The notes: generated from the sequence alone by a model not told the origin. 64,000 nucleotides of DNA from the human T2T-CHM13v2.0 reference genome, Homo sapiens (GCF_009914755.1 NC_060931.1), one strand, 5' to 3'. Numbered from the stretch's first letter, positions 26,440 to 40,105 are shown. Translations and numbers: made by a program.

Positions 26440-26840
26440 TGTTGGCAGCAAGGTCTGATAGTGAAGACTCCAGCTCCAAATTGGAATCAATTCAAATGTC
26501 TATCAAGAGGAAAATGGGTGAATACGTTGTGGTGTAGTATTTGTGCAGTCAAAGAGTACAGTAATAAAAAGAATGAGCTATTGCTACACACAGAAACGTG
26601 GGACCAGCAAAGAAAACTGAACATAGAAGGGTACATAATGTACGGTCACATTTATATGTTCTTAGAACATATAAAACTAACTCTTGGTGATGCAAGTCAG
26701 AGTAGGGAGGGAAACCTCTGGGCTGTTGAAGCATTCTATACCTCCATTACTTAGCACAAGATGGTAATTACATATGTAGACATTTTTGAGCTATATATTT
26801 AAAATTAATGTACTTTCTGCACTTGGGAGGTTGTATCTGA
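26440..26840 (+). mobile_element. L1ME-like fragment
   Basis: 'aattcaaatgtctatcaagaggaaaatgg...aataaaaagaatgagctattgctacac'. Confidence 0.6.
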
Positions 26841-26869
26841 AGTGGAATAATATGAAAGACAGAGAGACA

Positions 26870-27432
26870 GAGAAGAGAATGCTCTGGGCTGAGGCTGTCA
26901 AGGGTCAGATCCTGATTTTCCACCACTGACTAGTGATAAGACTTGGGACAGCTGTCTTCATAGTGCCTCAGTTTCCTCAATGTAGAATGGCCAAATGGTT
27001 GAGTAGGTTTAAATTTCCTTATCTACAATTCCAAAATCCAAAAAAATCTCTGAAAAGCGAAGGTGTTTTCATAACTGATTTAGCAGCACGACTGACCTTA
27101 ACTTGTATCAGAATATTTATGGTTTTTATTTATCCCACTTAGTATGAAAAGTCATAGGTCTTGTTGCAGAAATATTAATGTGCTTCATTGTGGAATGCTG
27201 CTACAGATGATACTGGGAGTATTATTAATATGTGGTATATGTTTTCCATATTAATTTTCTAAAATATTAAAAATTCTGAATCCAAAATTTCTGGACCAAG
27301 ATCATTAGGGAAGGGATTGTGGACTTATATCTGCCTCATGGAGTTTATGAGGATTAAATAAAATTACAACTGAAGAGCACTTAGAACAATGCCTGTCTCA
27401 TGCAAAGCACTTAACGAAGACTAATATTATTA
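26870..27432 (+). mobile_element. MIR interrupted by MER46C-like Tigger MITE (~27004-27327)
   Basis: MIR core 'gcctcagtttcctcaatgtagaatgg', then 'ccttatctacaattccaaaatcc...aagggattgtggactta', then MIR 3' half. Confidence 0.7.
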
Positions 27433-28034
27433 ATTGTGATTTCTGCTCCCACTCCAAGGAAGTGTATGACAACTGTTTTCCTTAGGGCCAGATGACACTA
27501 ATTATGGAAACTATCAGGAGTCAAATTTCTAAAGACAGTAGCCTATAAACCTTCCCTTGAGCAAACTTCATGACAAAGAGGTGGAAAACTGTGGCTTCAT
27601 AAAGGGGGCAAAGTCCTGAATTATCACTCAGGATAACTTCACAAATGGGACTATCTTATGAGAGGCTGTTTTCTGTCACATCTCCAAGTAGACACTTCCA
27701 CTATGATGAGAAACTGCTAAGTATTCTTAAACAGAATATGAGGGTTTCTTTGAAGGACCAGGAAAGGAGTTTTATTTAGTGCTGATTCTACCTGAGTTTT
27801 AAAAATACTCCATTTCCAGCATTCCTGCTGGGCTGTGTGTATTTGAAGCATTCTACTGAAAGGACTCCTCTGTCTCTGACATCTTTGTTTGTACCGGAAT
27901 TAAGGTGGCCATGTGCAAGGAAATTACCCCAAATCGGGACAAGGAAAGGAAAAATTAAGGGAGAAGCAAGTCACATAAATGATCCTTCAAAAGGATGTTG
28001 TGTCTAAAAATAATCTAAAGAACTTTATGGAAAG

Positions 28035-28420
28035 GGCAGTGGCTCTGAGTACCAAATTCTGGTTCTTACATCTGCCACTACTTGCTGGGTGACCTTAGAC
28101 AAACCACAGAATCCCTTTGTGCCTCAGTTTCCTCATTTGTAAATCGAAAGGGCCTTATAAATGGAAAGTTGATTTCTAATATGCCTCTCAATTCTGTGAA
28201 TTCTAACTGCCCCAATTTTGTAAGGCCAGAAACCAGTTCCTACCAATCAACTCAAACTCCTGCATAAGACCGGAGGAATCTACAGAATGAGAAACTTTAC
28301 AAAATGCTTATTGATTTAAAATACAACCTTGTTTTGTTTACTCTGGCATCCCCAGTATCTAAAATAGCAACTGGCACAAAGTAGGTACTAAAAAAGTATT
28401 GCTGCATGAAAGAATGACTA
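28035..28420 (+). mobile_element. MIR core plus L2 3' end
   Basis: 'gtgcctcagtttcctcatttgtaaa'; 'ctggcacaaagtaggtact'. Confidence 0.6.
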
Positions 28421-28494
28421 TTTTAATAATAGATCTGTTACTGAGACAATAATAGTTTCTTTGATAAATAAATACTAATGAAGTTTTTGTTATT

Positions 28495-28985
28495 TAATGA
28501 CTCTTGCGAGTAAAAGATATGATATTTTCAGCCATACAGAAAATCGCAGCTCAAAATTATTTACCAGGAAAATGTCTCATCTCATATGTTAAGAATTCAA
28601 AAGGGAGACAGCATCTTTATTGGCTCATTTATTGGCATTTTTATTGGCTCAACAGTGTCACTAAAGACCTAGGTTTCTTCCTTCCTCTGCCCACCTTCTT
28701 GGGCATATTAACTTTCTTGCAGCTGACTCACCTTGTGGTTGCCAAACAGCTGCTGCATTTGCAACATCATGTAACCTTCTCCCTTCCCCGCAAGACTTCA
28801 GCAGACTTCTCACTTCTTATTGGCTGGAATTAGGTCGCATGCGTACTCTTAACCTATTCCTGGCAAGAGGTCTGGGATATGTAATTGTCTTAGGTAGTTT
28901 AGGAGAAATGGGTATGTTCCCTGAACAAAATCAAGGTTTTCTTAGAAAGAAGGAGGCAGAGGAATAGATTTACATAATCAATGGA
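28495..28985 (-). mobile_element. Old MLT1 (K/L-like) LTR
   Basis: 'cagcagacttctcacttcttattggctggaattaggtcgcatg', 'ctgaacaaaatcaaggttt'. Confidence 0.55.
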
Positions 28986-29439
28986 GAGTGATTGCTCCAG
29001 AATTAAATATCTGTTTAATAAATAGCTGTTCAATAAGTAAAAGAAAGAATGAATGAATATAGAAACAAATGGCATCAAGATAAAAAGTCAGATGTTAAAA
29101 TGCCAAATGGATGATCCAAAGATTAAGTGACAGAGGGATTTTCTGAAGATGTCACTGTGTGCTGGTGTGGTGAAGGTGTCACTCGGATAGTGGCACATGG
29201 CCTGAACTTGGATGGTCTGGATATGGGTGAAGAGCTGGTGAAGGCATTTCATTTGTGGGGAGAGTTTGATCCAATGAAGGGAAGTAGAAACATATATAAC
29301 ATGTATTCGTAGGAAGAGAGACACTGAATGAAGAGAGGAGAGGTCAGTAGGGGACAGTTATTAAGGATCAGTTTGGAAAAATAAATTTTTATAACTTGGC
29401 TCTTTGATTAGGCCTTATTCTATTGGTAATGGGAAGTAT

Positions 29440-30235
29440 TTTTTTAGTTAAATGTGTTGAGCTATACTTTACATAAAGCAAAATCCACTCTTTTCAGTAT
29501 ACAGTTCCATGAGTTTTGACAAACACACACAGTTGGTGTAACTGTGATACAAGATAGAGACAAATTCCTCAAATATTTTCTCATCCCCTTTGTAATTAAC
29601 TCTTCCTTGACCACCAGCCTGAGTGACCACTGATCTGTTTTCTGTCTCTATAGTTTTGCCTTTTTCTGAACGTCATGTGTAGCCTTTTGAGTCTAGCTGC
29701 TTTCCCTTAAAATACATATTTGAGATTCATCTATGTTGTATGTAACAGGTTAGTTCCTTTTTCTGTGAGTAAGGTTTCACTGTGTGGATATACCACAGTT
29801 TGTTAATCCATTTGCCAGTTGAAGGATATTTAGATGGTTTCCCTTTTATTTTGGCAATGATAAACCCACTGTAAACGTTTGCATATAGGTTTTTCTGTGA
29901 ACATAAATTTTTATTTATTTTGGGTAAATACTTAGGAGTGGAATTCCTGGGTTATATGGTAAGTGTGTGTTAACTGCCAAACAGCTTTCAAAAGTGGTTG
30001 TGCTGCTTTGCAATCCCACCGGCAGGGTATGAGCATTCTAGTTCCTCCACATCCTGTCAGCACTTCATGTTGTCAGTTTTTGTTTTGCTTTTTTTTTTTT
30101 CTTTTCTTGTCTTTAGTTTAGCCATCGCACTAAGCATCTATTGGCTTTAACTTTCATTTCTCTAATGACTAATAATGTTGACCATTTTTCTTGTACTTAT
30201 TTGTCTACTCTGTATCTTTTTCAGTAAAGTGTCTA
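29440..30235 (-). mobile_element. L1MC/ME-like 3' end, apparently inserted within an L2 remnant
   Basis: 'atacagttccatgagttttgacaaacac', 'gtgtggatataccacagtttg', 'ttcatttctctaatgactaataatgttgac'. Confidence 0.8.
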
Positions 30236-30439
30236 AAAAGAAAGGCTTTTTTGGGGGGGGTCATGATATGGTAAAATCAAAGCTTTAGAAAGACAAACGT
30301 GGGCTGGAATTAGGGTCTTGTTATGAAAATCAGATAGGAAGCTAATGCATAAACCAAGTCTGAGGGGATGAGAAGGGTAGTATACCTATAATTACATACC
30401 ATATTTGTTCTAACAAATAGACACTGAACAGAGAAAACA

Positions 30440-30710
30440 CCTTGCACTGTGCCTGCCAGTATACTGAAAATAATAATTACTGCCATGTATGATGTACCAG
30501 ATACATGCAGGCACACGTGTACACAGTCACAGGTATGAAGTAACTTAATCTTCACACCACCTCCATCAGGTTCTAGTTCTCTCCTCTACCCTTCATATGA
30601 GGAAACCGAAGTACAGAGAAGAAAATCACTCACTTAAGTTCATACAGCTATTAAGAGTAAGTGACATCTGGAGGATTGGAACTCTGTAACCACCACACAA
30701 TACTGTCCTC
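30440..30710 (-). mobile_element. MIR
   Basis: 'atgaggaaaccgaagtacagaga' is the antisense MIR core. Confidence 0.6.
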
Positions 30711-32039
30711 ATAGAAGTACCTCCATTAATGTTTGTTGAATTAAATGAATTTTAAAACTATAAGAAATCACCAAGCATACCTATTTCATAGTTCTGTTTC
30801 TTAGAATCAAAACTGGTTTGACAAACACACTAAATGAAACTCTTCTCAATAACACATAGCACATATTATATTATTTGAACAATAATAAAATGGCAGTATT
30901 CTTCCTTATTTACCAACTGGATCAAGAGTGGTGGCCCCCAAAAGTAGCAGACTATAGGGTTCATTATCCATTTCCTGTGGTTCTTTCTCAAAACTGTCCT
31001 CCCAGTGATGGAAAGGCAAGGACCACTAAATACAGGCTACTTTGGGGACATACCTCCACTGCACCCCCTGCACCCCTTAACCAGGGCATAATTGAGCCAT
31101 TTCCTCAGTCAGCTGGATGCAGGCTCTTTCCACTCCACTCACCAATGGAAGACCCAGCCTCATTGCTTGGGAACAATTATGCCCTGCCAGGGTATGAGAG
31201 CATCCACCTTTGAAACCACTTCTGCAGAGCTAGAAGGATGAGAGCAAACAAAGAAAAAATATAACAAAAAGCCCTTTAATCCTTATTTCTTGGCTCAGCT
31301 CTAGGAGAGTTATTTTACTGAGTTCTCCAAGAAGAGATAAGAGATGCTAATTGTAGTATCAGTAATTTATTCTAGGAACCAAGACAGTTCATGCTACTAG
31401 ATCAAAATAAACACATTTTTAGAGGTTTTATATTGTAAGGGTGTGAAAACCCAGCTCTGTTAGGATAGTACTCTAATCCCCAGAAATGAAGTCCCCAGAA
31501 TCCATCTGATTTGTCTCTTGGTCAGTTGGAAAACTCAGAATTTGCCCATTTTTTAAAACTAAGTACCAACTTTGAAGTACAGCCTATTTTTAGTGCTGGA
31601 AAGTCCTACAGGTCATTGACAGTTCCAGACCTACAGTGTTGTCTTCAAGTTCTTAAAGCTTGTTGAGAGAGGAGACTTGAAGTTTTTGATCAAAAAGGTA
31701 TTCATATTTGATAACTTTCCATTAATGGCAGTCTTTCCCTGGTAATGTCCATTATAAGATTAGAGACAGGTTCTCTCAAGGGAAAAATGTTGGTTTACTG
31801 TATTTCCAGAGGAAGTGGGACTACAAAATAGAAAAAGAGAAATTCAATTAAAACTTCATATAAAAAAAACATTTTTGTCATGAGACATTAGAATAAATTT
31901 CAAGTACTGTCATTAACTTTAGATTGTGATGTCTTTCTGAGGCATAGGCATATTTTAAGGTGCTTCTAAAAGGAAGACAGAAAACAGCATTTTGCCCCCA
32001 AACCATGCCCACGCTGCAAAAACATCTCACAACTACAGT

Positions 32040-32260
32040 TGGGTTCACTGTGGAAACAGTCTGATTCTGTGGCAAGAGCTGAGCCTGAGTACCACTCGTT
32101 GCCCGTGTGACCATGATGAATTTCTTTCTCTGAAACTGAATTTCCTCTTCTATAAAGCAGGAATAAGAATATTTATGTTTAGAGTCATTGTGGGGATTAA
32201 ATACATCAATGTATGAGAAATAGCTGGAACTGGTATTAACTTACTGGTGGTAGTTATTGG
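32040..32260 (+). mobile_element. MIR
   Basis: 'tttcctcttctataaagcaggaataag...gtggggattaaat'. Confidence 0.55.
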
Positions 32261-33894
32261 TAGCTCCTTTTCCCTAAAATTACAATATCATGAAATCCCA
32301 AGAAATTCCATCAACTAATCATTCATTTCTGTATGTACACTCACACACACGCATTTCATACAAGCAGTGTAATGTTAATATAGAAAAATCATAGCCTGTG
32401 GTCATCTATCCCATGAAGGTCCACATTCTGAGCCAGGTGTTAAAATCATGGTTCTCATTTATGCTTACCATGAACAGAATCACCATCCCCAACTCAGAGG
32501 ATCTAAGCTTACCATCAGTTCTTCCTTGGCATTAACTTCACAGCTGCCCCTTACCCAGAAATGATTCTTCCATTGAAAAGGATATCATTTATAAAAATTA
32601 TACATTTTAATGAACCAGAAGAATTCAGTAACAGCCACGAATACTCCAAATGGCCTTTAATATTTCCAGAGGGATATGAGAAATCTCTGAACTTCACAGC
32701 AGCCCATGAAAAAAGCTATCCTGGAGATGTCCAAAGTCTATAACCTTATAGGTATTTCACAGAAATAATGTGGGGCTTAGATAATGAATTAGCGAAGTTA
32801 AGGATTTTGTTGAGTGAGTTACCATCAAGCAAAGCTAAAGCCTACTTTGGGTCTATAAATCACAGAAATGAGTATCTTTAAAGTTTAAACCTGCTTGGAG
32901 AAAATATCTGGCCCTGCATTAAGATCTTGAGTTGAAGATAATAGCAAATTAACTTATTCAAAAGTGAGCAGACAGCTTCGTAAAACTTGACCCAAGTAGA
33001 ATTTTCATAAGTACTGACTAGTTCTCCTCTAGTTCTGAATTCTGAAAAGTGAAAATGACATATGATTATCTACCTTTCACTTTTACACCTAGGCATTGGG
33101 GTCTCTTCATTCTGTTTATTATTTAGACCCACTGGGAAAATATTAGCTGAGCCATTGGCCCAAGAGGTTGTCTTGATAGCAATATCTACCAGTTAGAAAG
33201 AAAATCTTATTTTATGACTTGGTTTTTTATCAACTTTTTACCTTCTTCTTAGACTTATTAAGAAGAGGCTCCTGTCTGCGTCACATCATTCAGTTTGTTG
33301 GAAAGACTATTAGTTCTACATGCTGGATTAGGACTGAACACTAATGCAAGTCTCTTTCCATCTAGGAGGAACTTAGTTTTTGCATGAAATCATGTTATCA
33401 TCTGCAGTAAAACCTTAGAGGTCTCCAGTATATAATACATGGGACTGCACATAGTTCCAGCTAGATTCAATAGGAGCATCAGTGGGGAAAGAATCCTGAA
33501 AAAGTAGAAAGAAGACCACGTAATTTGACCAAGAAGATCATGGTTCTGATGCCTTTTGTTGCTGCCCTCACCACTATTTCCAACCCTTTTTCCACAAGCA
33601 TAGTGATGGCAGCAAAGTCCAGATGGCATTTTGAGATAAGCACTAGATATATAGATGAGACACTGAAATATTATTCATGATTTAGCTACTTTGCTTTCCT
33701 CTCACTGACCATTTCAGGGAGCCATATATCAGGAAGTCTTGGGATAAATGCTCAGAGAGAAAGAAACAAGACGTTAACCAAGTTGAAAGTGAACCCAAGG
33801 CTTTTCTGTCACCTGCTACTACCTTTTAAAATTGTCTCATTGGAGAAATGTTGGTCAACCTTTAGGAATATAATCTATGAAATCATGTTTGACT

Positions 33895-34390
33895 TCCACA
33901 AGCAAATATGTTCTGAGCCCCTCCTATGTGTCAGGCATGGTGATGGGCACTGGGACGACAGGAGGAGACCAAGGAAGGCCTGGTTTCTGAGGGGACATTC
34001 TGCTGGGAGGGCTGACATTTAACTAAAGATGTGCACAGACAGCACATAATTGCAAATTGTGATTAGTACTACCAAAGGGGAAAACAGTGTCAGGACAGAG
34101 AAAATAGAGGACACAGTGTAGATTGAGATGGTTTAAGCTGACCCCCTACTGAAAGCGACTTTTAAGGAACATTAGTGGAAGATGTGACCAAGTGGTTAAG
34201 CCAAGCTGTCTGGCATCAGGTGTCAACCCCAGCCCTCCTTTGACCTTAGGCAAGTTATTTAACCTGTGTGAGCCTTGACTCCTGTATGTAAAATTGGGAT
34301 AAAAGAACAACCTAACTATCCCATGAAATTGATGGGATGACTCTGAGAATGAGCTAATTCCTCTCAATGGTTTAATAAATATCAGCTATA
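33895..34390. mobile_element. L2 fragment (minus) adjacent to MIR (plus, ~34190-34390)
   Basis: 'tgagcccctcctatgtgtcaggcatgg'; 'tgaccttaggcaagttatttaacctgtgtgagcc'. Confidence 0.6.
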
Positions 34391-34615
34391 ACCACCATCC
34401 TCATCATCCATGGTGTAATTGTCAGCAGTAATAGCAGTCATAAACTGGGGCCCTAAGAATCTCATTCATGAACCAGGACATTTTTTTTTTTCATTCAGTG
34501 TTTACTTAGCCAATTAGTCTATGAATATTTCTAGCCAAAGAGAGAGAGAGACTGATAGTCTTCTCTCTGCTGTTTTGAGACACAATCCAGCTCACCCCAA
34601 ATCCAGGGTGGCTTT

Positions 34616-34707
34616 TTTTTTTTTTTTTTTTTTTTGCGACGGAGTTTTGTTCTTGTTGCCCAAGCTTGAGTGCAATGGCGCGATCTCGGCTCACTGCAAC
34701 CTCCATC
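34616..34707 (-). mobile_element. 5'-truncated AluSp/Sq-like fragment with perfect TSD
   Basis: 'ggagttttgttcttgttgccc...gcaatggcgcgatc'; TSD tccagggtggcttt at 34602-34615 and 34708-34721. Confidence 0.9.
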
Positions 34708-34893
34708 TCCAGGGTGGCTTTGTTAGCCTGTAACCACTCTGACTGAGAAACAAATTGAATAATGAACAAGTCTTCAGTGCTCCTGATGGTCCAAGCTCTG
34801 TGCGTGGGTGCTTCCTCCTTGAATATTACCATGTAATTTACAACGATTTGTGGTTAAGGATTATTATTTTCAATCTACAGATAAATAAATGGA

Positions 34894-35230
34894 GGCCAAG
34901 CATGGTGTATCATGCCTGTAATCCCAGCACTTTGGGAGGCTGAGGCAAGTGGACTGCTTGAGGCCAGGAGTTCAAGACCAGACTGGTCAACATGGCAAAA
35001 CCTCATCTCTACTAAAAATACAAAAATTACGTCTGTGATCCTAGCTACTCGGGAGGCTGAGACATGAGAATCGCCTAAGCCCAGTAGGCGGAGGTTACAG
35101 TGAGCCAAGATCTCACCTCTGCACTCCAGCCTGGGAGACAGAGTGAGACTCTGTCTCAAAGAAAAAAGAAAGAAAGAGAGAAAGAAGAAAGAAAGAAAGA
35201 GACAGAGAGAGAGAAAGCAAGCAAGCAAAC
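34894..35230 (+). mobile_element. Alu (S/J-boundary type) with ~20-bp internal deletion and microsatellite tail, inserted in a MIR
   Basis: Linker runs 'aaaattacgtctgtgatcc' (start of right arm missing); tail (AAAG)n/(AG)n/(AAGC)n; MIR-like flanks. Confidence 0.92.
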
Positions 35231-38200
35231 AAGTAAGCGGAGGCTCAAGAAGTTTTCTTAGTGTCATATGGCTAATAAATGACAGAGAAGGATTCAACTT
35301 GAGGACTCAGAACCTCAAATCCAATGCTCTTTCTGCTGTAACGTAGTCACTGAAGTATCAGCCCATTCATTGATATATGGGTACTTGTCAGCTACTATTT
35401 AATGACCAATCCCACTTTCATAAGAGACCATGAAGGAACTCCAGAAGTCACCCTATCCCCCAGGCTAGGACTTACTTCAAGCAAATCAAGAAGTCACAGA
35501 CTTTTAAGTTAATGGTCAACTGTAACACAGTATTCCAGGGCAGCTAATAGGTAGGACCCCTGTCAGAGCCTGGAAGTTTCCGCGGTTTTCTTAGCATCTC
35601 TACAATCTTTATTTTCCACTCTTCTTTCTGGGTAGAGGTAGGTCTTTCCTGACAATCTGGGATGGATCCTTTTCCTAAGAAATTATACAGTACATTTAAT
35701 TTCTTAGTATGTATCCCAGGTGGATGCCTCAAAATACATCCAATATTAAAGACAGGATTTAGTGTGTTGATTTTGGTAGACTTCCCAGTAACTGTTCTCT
35801 TTTCCAGGAAAAAAAAAAGAAAGAAAGCACAGTGGCATTACTACTCTGGGAGAAGTGGACATATTGACTTGTTAAGAGATATTGTTGACATTTTAAGTGC
35901 CGTAAAGATATTTAACAGGATATGGGATTAAGATAGCATTTCTGGCTAATGAGCTCACTCTCAGACTAAGCATCAACAAAGGGAAAGTTGCTAAAATGGC
36001 ATCTTCCTAATTAAACAAAACAAAGCCAAACAAAACAGCTTGAGAAAGAATTCTGATCAGGGAGATAATAAAATCAAAATGATGAGATGTGTTCAAGGAA
36101 GGCCAGAGAATCATCCTTGCTGCCCCCATCGCCTTTCCCCTCCTCAGCCCATCACAGAACTCCTGCATGAGGCTGCTACTGGGTGTGTCCAGATGTCTGT
36201 GCCTCTCCACTACAGCGGGCGCCCAGAGATCACAGAAATCCTTTCTGCATTGAATTCTTAATCCCCAAAGGATCTTCTCTGTGCATGCATGGATAAAATT
36301 CTTAGGTGGGTAATTTTCATGAAATACACCCACAGTATGTGCCACATCCATATTTAAATCCTTATCATCAGAATAACCATTGTGCTTCCAGTAGTTTGGG
36401 GCAATTCTGTTGTTTACTGTTGGAGTGCAAACACAAAGCAACCTTAATACCATTAATTTAGAGACTAAACTACTTGCCCCATTGTCCCAGAGTAGTTACG
36501 TGTCACGTGGGTGGTAGAGACAGGTTAGCCCAGTTAGTCCCTATCCCCACTGAGCCGACTTTGCCCATCTTGCTCAGTGGTTTTCAGAGTCAGAAACAAT
36601 AGCATTTCTCACACTGCCCCTGGGACATTAACACAGAAGCATGCTTTTTCATGGCTCACCCCCAAGGAGCTTTCTCAGGCCACAGTTTAACTGCCAGATC
36701 CCTGTGACAATGACTCATTTTAGCCCATGAATTTTTTCTTTCTACCTGGTATATATTTGTTCCCCATGCAGGTCTCCATATTCCACCCATCCATGCCTCC
36801 TGACATCTAGGCCCCAGTGTGGCTGTAAAATCTTCATTGCAACAGGGTTTGAAGACTAAAAGAAAATCTTATCTGCATTGTTGCTGACTCCTTAATGTGC
36901 TGTCACAACAATCTTTGAGTTCCTTTCAGAATGAATTAATTTTAAGGATTGTTTTTCTGCTTCATCATTAAATGCCAACTGTAAGCCTCCCTAACCCTCC
37001 ACTTAACAGATGCTATTAGCATTTTAAACCTGGGTTCGGCCCTGGTCTCTCTCCTGAGCTCTGCAGCACCCCTGGAATGTGTGCCCTTCCAGGGAACCAC
37101 AGACGCTATAATGCATCTCTCTTAAAACGTACAGCACCCACCACATTTCTGCTCTTTCTCAAATCATGTCTGGGGAAACTGAGAAGCTCCTTTTGAAGGA
37201 TTACATTACGCCTTTGATTTTTATTTATAAAACATAAAGGACTAATATATATCAGTTAGGACATTTTGCTTGCAAAGTGCATTGTAGCAAAATAATTGGA
37301 AGCCAGTTGCGGTGTGAAATATATGACAGCTTTACAGGACATAAAAAGCAGCTTTTTCTTTGTAATAGTGTAATTGCCTTAAACCCCACAATCATAATTG
37401 TTATCAAAAAATAATCCCAAGGAAAGGCTAATATAAGGTGAGCAGACTATTATAAGAGCTCTAATACACTCGATTCCTTGAACAGCAAATGCAGCTCTCA
37501 ATCTCCCGGTGCTTTTAGTGTCAGTCAGAGAGTACTCAGTCATTTCTGTGCATCAAACCTGCAGTATTGATTTTTCCACTGACTGAAACAGCCATATAAG
37601 CATAAATTTTGCATGAGCCTTTCACTTTGTAGACTCTCCTTTGGTCAGATGACACATGATGTGAACATGAAGACTGTATAATAACAATGCATGGTCAATC
37701 TGCAGGCATTAAAGCGTGGGCTCTCGCAGCACTGAAGGACAAAAGCTGGATCGAGAGAGGGCCGCATCAGCAGTGCCAGAGAAACAAATATCAGCTCCAT
37801 CTTGGCAGCCCGCGTGCAATTTTATTTTCTACTTCTCTCCTGCATTTTCACGTGTCTTATTCAGAAAACCCCTGCAACCCACACACACCCACTCACTTGC
37901 ACGCATCTTATCATCTGCACCCACTTCAGGTAAAACTCAGCTTTATGGAAAACAGTGACCGTGATCTTGACTGTGCAGCCCACCCAAACCCTCTCATTGC
38001 ACCGCCTTTGGTTTTCTCCAGGTTGTTTTTGTGTGTGTTCTGTTGGGGATGTCATTTCTTTTGTGTCGCTGGCCCTAGAGACTAAATAGTGTGTAACAAC
38101 ATTGGATAAGATCTGGTATCCTGATGAGAAAGCCTTATCTAAAGATGTGGCTCACTGATACACAGGTACAAGGAAAACAAACCCTTCTTAATAGCCACCT

Positions 38201-40071
38201 TCCATTTAACCTACTTTGGCCCTGTTTGAGATCTCCTTATTCACTAATAGTTCTTTATCTCATCTCTTTATGATAGAAAATGTTCTGTTTGAAGTGCAAT
38301 CATTCTGTTTCAAGATTTTGCCAGTGGAAACGAGAGAGGAGAGTATAATCCTACCCCCATGGGGCTGATAGCACCTTAATCCCAGATGGCAGAATTGCTT
38401 AGCCACCGCTACTCTGCTCAGTCACATTCACCTCGGCCATTTCATGTAATTAATTCATATTATGATATGAAGGATTCTCAAGATTAAGTTGAATTGGCCT
38501 GAGGGAAAAATTATCTTTATATAAAAGAATAAATCCCTGTTGGCCAGATAGAGTCAACCAACATTTTCTTTTCAGTAAAAAATCACGGTGCCAAGCAGGA
38601 ACTTGCTATCATGAATAACTGCAAATGCGTTCATGTTTTTGCTTTGCGTCTCCATTTGGAATAACAATAATAGCATTCACCTTGAGGCCTGCTAACCTGG
38701 AGGGAGAAAGATGCTAGGCTCAAAATTAAACACTTGAAACTTCTGCAGCATCTAATTAAGGGTCTAAACTTCACACATAGGCAACATTCATTTACGTAAA
38801 TCTAAACACGATTTGGTTTATTTTTAAAGCTAAGTGGTCCCACATTCATCTGGAATCTCTCCATTGCTCAGAAAAGAGATATGGGCTCTATCATTTTTAA
38901 TTCTTTTAATGTTTCCCCTCTCCAGAAGAGGCTGCCTGCTTTTTGTGATCAGCCTGGTCTGTGCTGCTTGCTGTTTGAAGAGAGTTTTGAGAATTATTCT
39001 TTTTATTTCCAGTTGATGGCATCACAGGAGATATTTCCACTTAAAACCCAAGTTATTATAGTGAGCAGTGTTCTCTGAAATGAGTTTTGGCCAAAGAGAA
39101 TGAACAAAATGACACTTGTGAGCCTAAGCTTGGAGAAGAGCTGGGTCTCCAGGCCAGAGTGTGGAGGAGGAAGAGCTGGTTTGTTTGTTCTTTATAGGAA
39201 ACTAAAAATCTGTGGAGAAAATGCAGTAAGCTTTCTTGTTAATGCTTTATTTGATGGCCCCTACCTTTAAAATAGGCTCAAATGCTAACTGGTTAGCATA
39301 AAGATGCATGCGTGTTTAATGTTAAGTAGAAAGAAATAAAAATAAGAAGACATCTCCCCAGCCCAGCTGAGCTCCTGTTTCTGAGACTCCTCTCCTCATG
39401 TAGCAAATGCAGTCTGAACTGTAGCATCCTGGGAGATGTTGCACAAAGACACCGGGGCCTTGGACATGCACTAAGATTACATGCTCCGGACACCACAGTC
39501 TGCCCACCAGACCCCCAGCATGGGCACAGACGTGTTGCAGGGAGAGTTCCTCCTTTTTCATTTCTTTCTTCCCTCCTTTGACCACCCTTACAATCCCTAC
39601 CCTGAAGTTTGATCATAACCAGGGGAGAAAAGTAAAGGGACTCAAAATATATGAAAGGGCTAGTAGCAGAATCTTCAGTGGTTCACATCAGTGCCTGTTG
39701 CCTCTGATCCATCCCTGTGTCTAAAAATTGTTCCTGTCCGCCCAATTTCTATCTGAAATGGGAGGGCCAGCTCTACATGCCGCGAGTGTGTGGCTATCCC
39801 TGTTGTTTCTCTCATGCTCCTCAGATCTCTGTGGAAAGATCAGCACATCATGAGAAAGAACACTAAAGGAGTTGACAGACAGGGTCTGTCCCTGCAGCTC
39901 CAGGAGGACCACTCATCACTGGCGTCTGGCCTGTCCTCTATTTACCTGTCCTCTGTTTGAGTGTGGGTCCCCTTCCAACTGAGCCAAAGAGGACCCCGAA
40001 GATGTTGGGATAATCCTACAAACCAGTTACAAAGTTTAGATTCATAAGTTTTGCAGCCTCTCCAGAGTCAC

Positions 40072-40105
40072 CACACAAACACACACACATACAGACAGAC
40101 AGACA

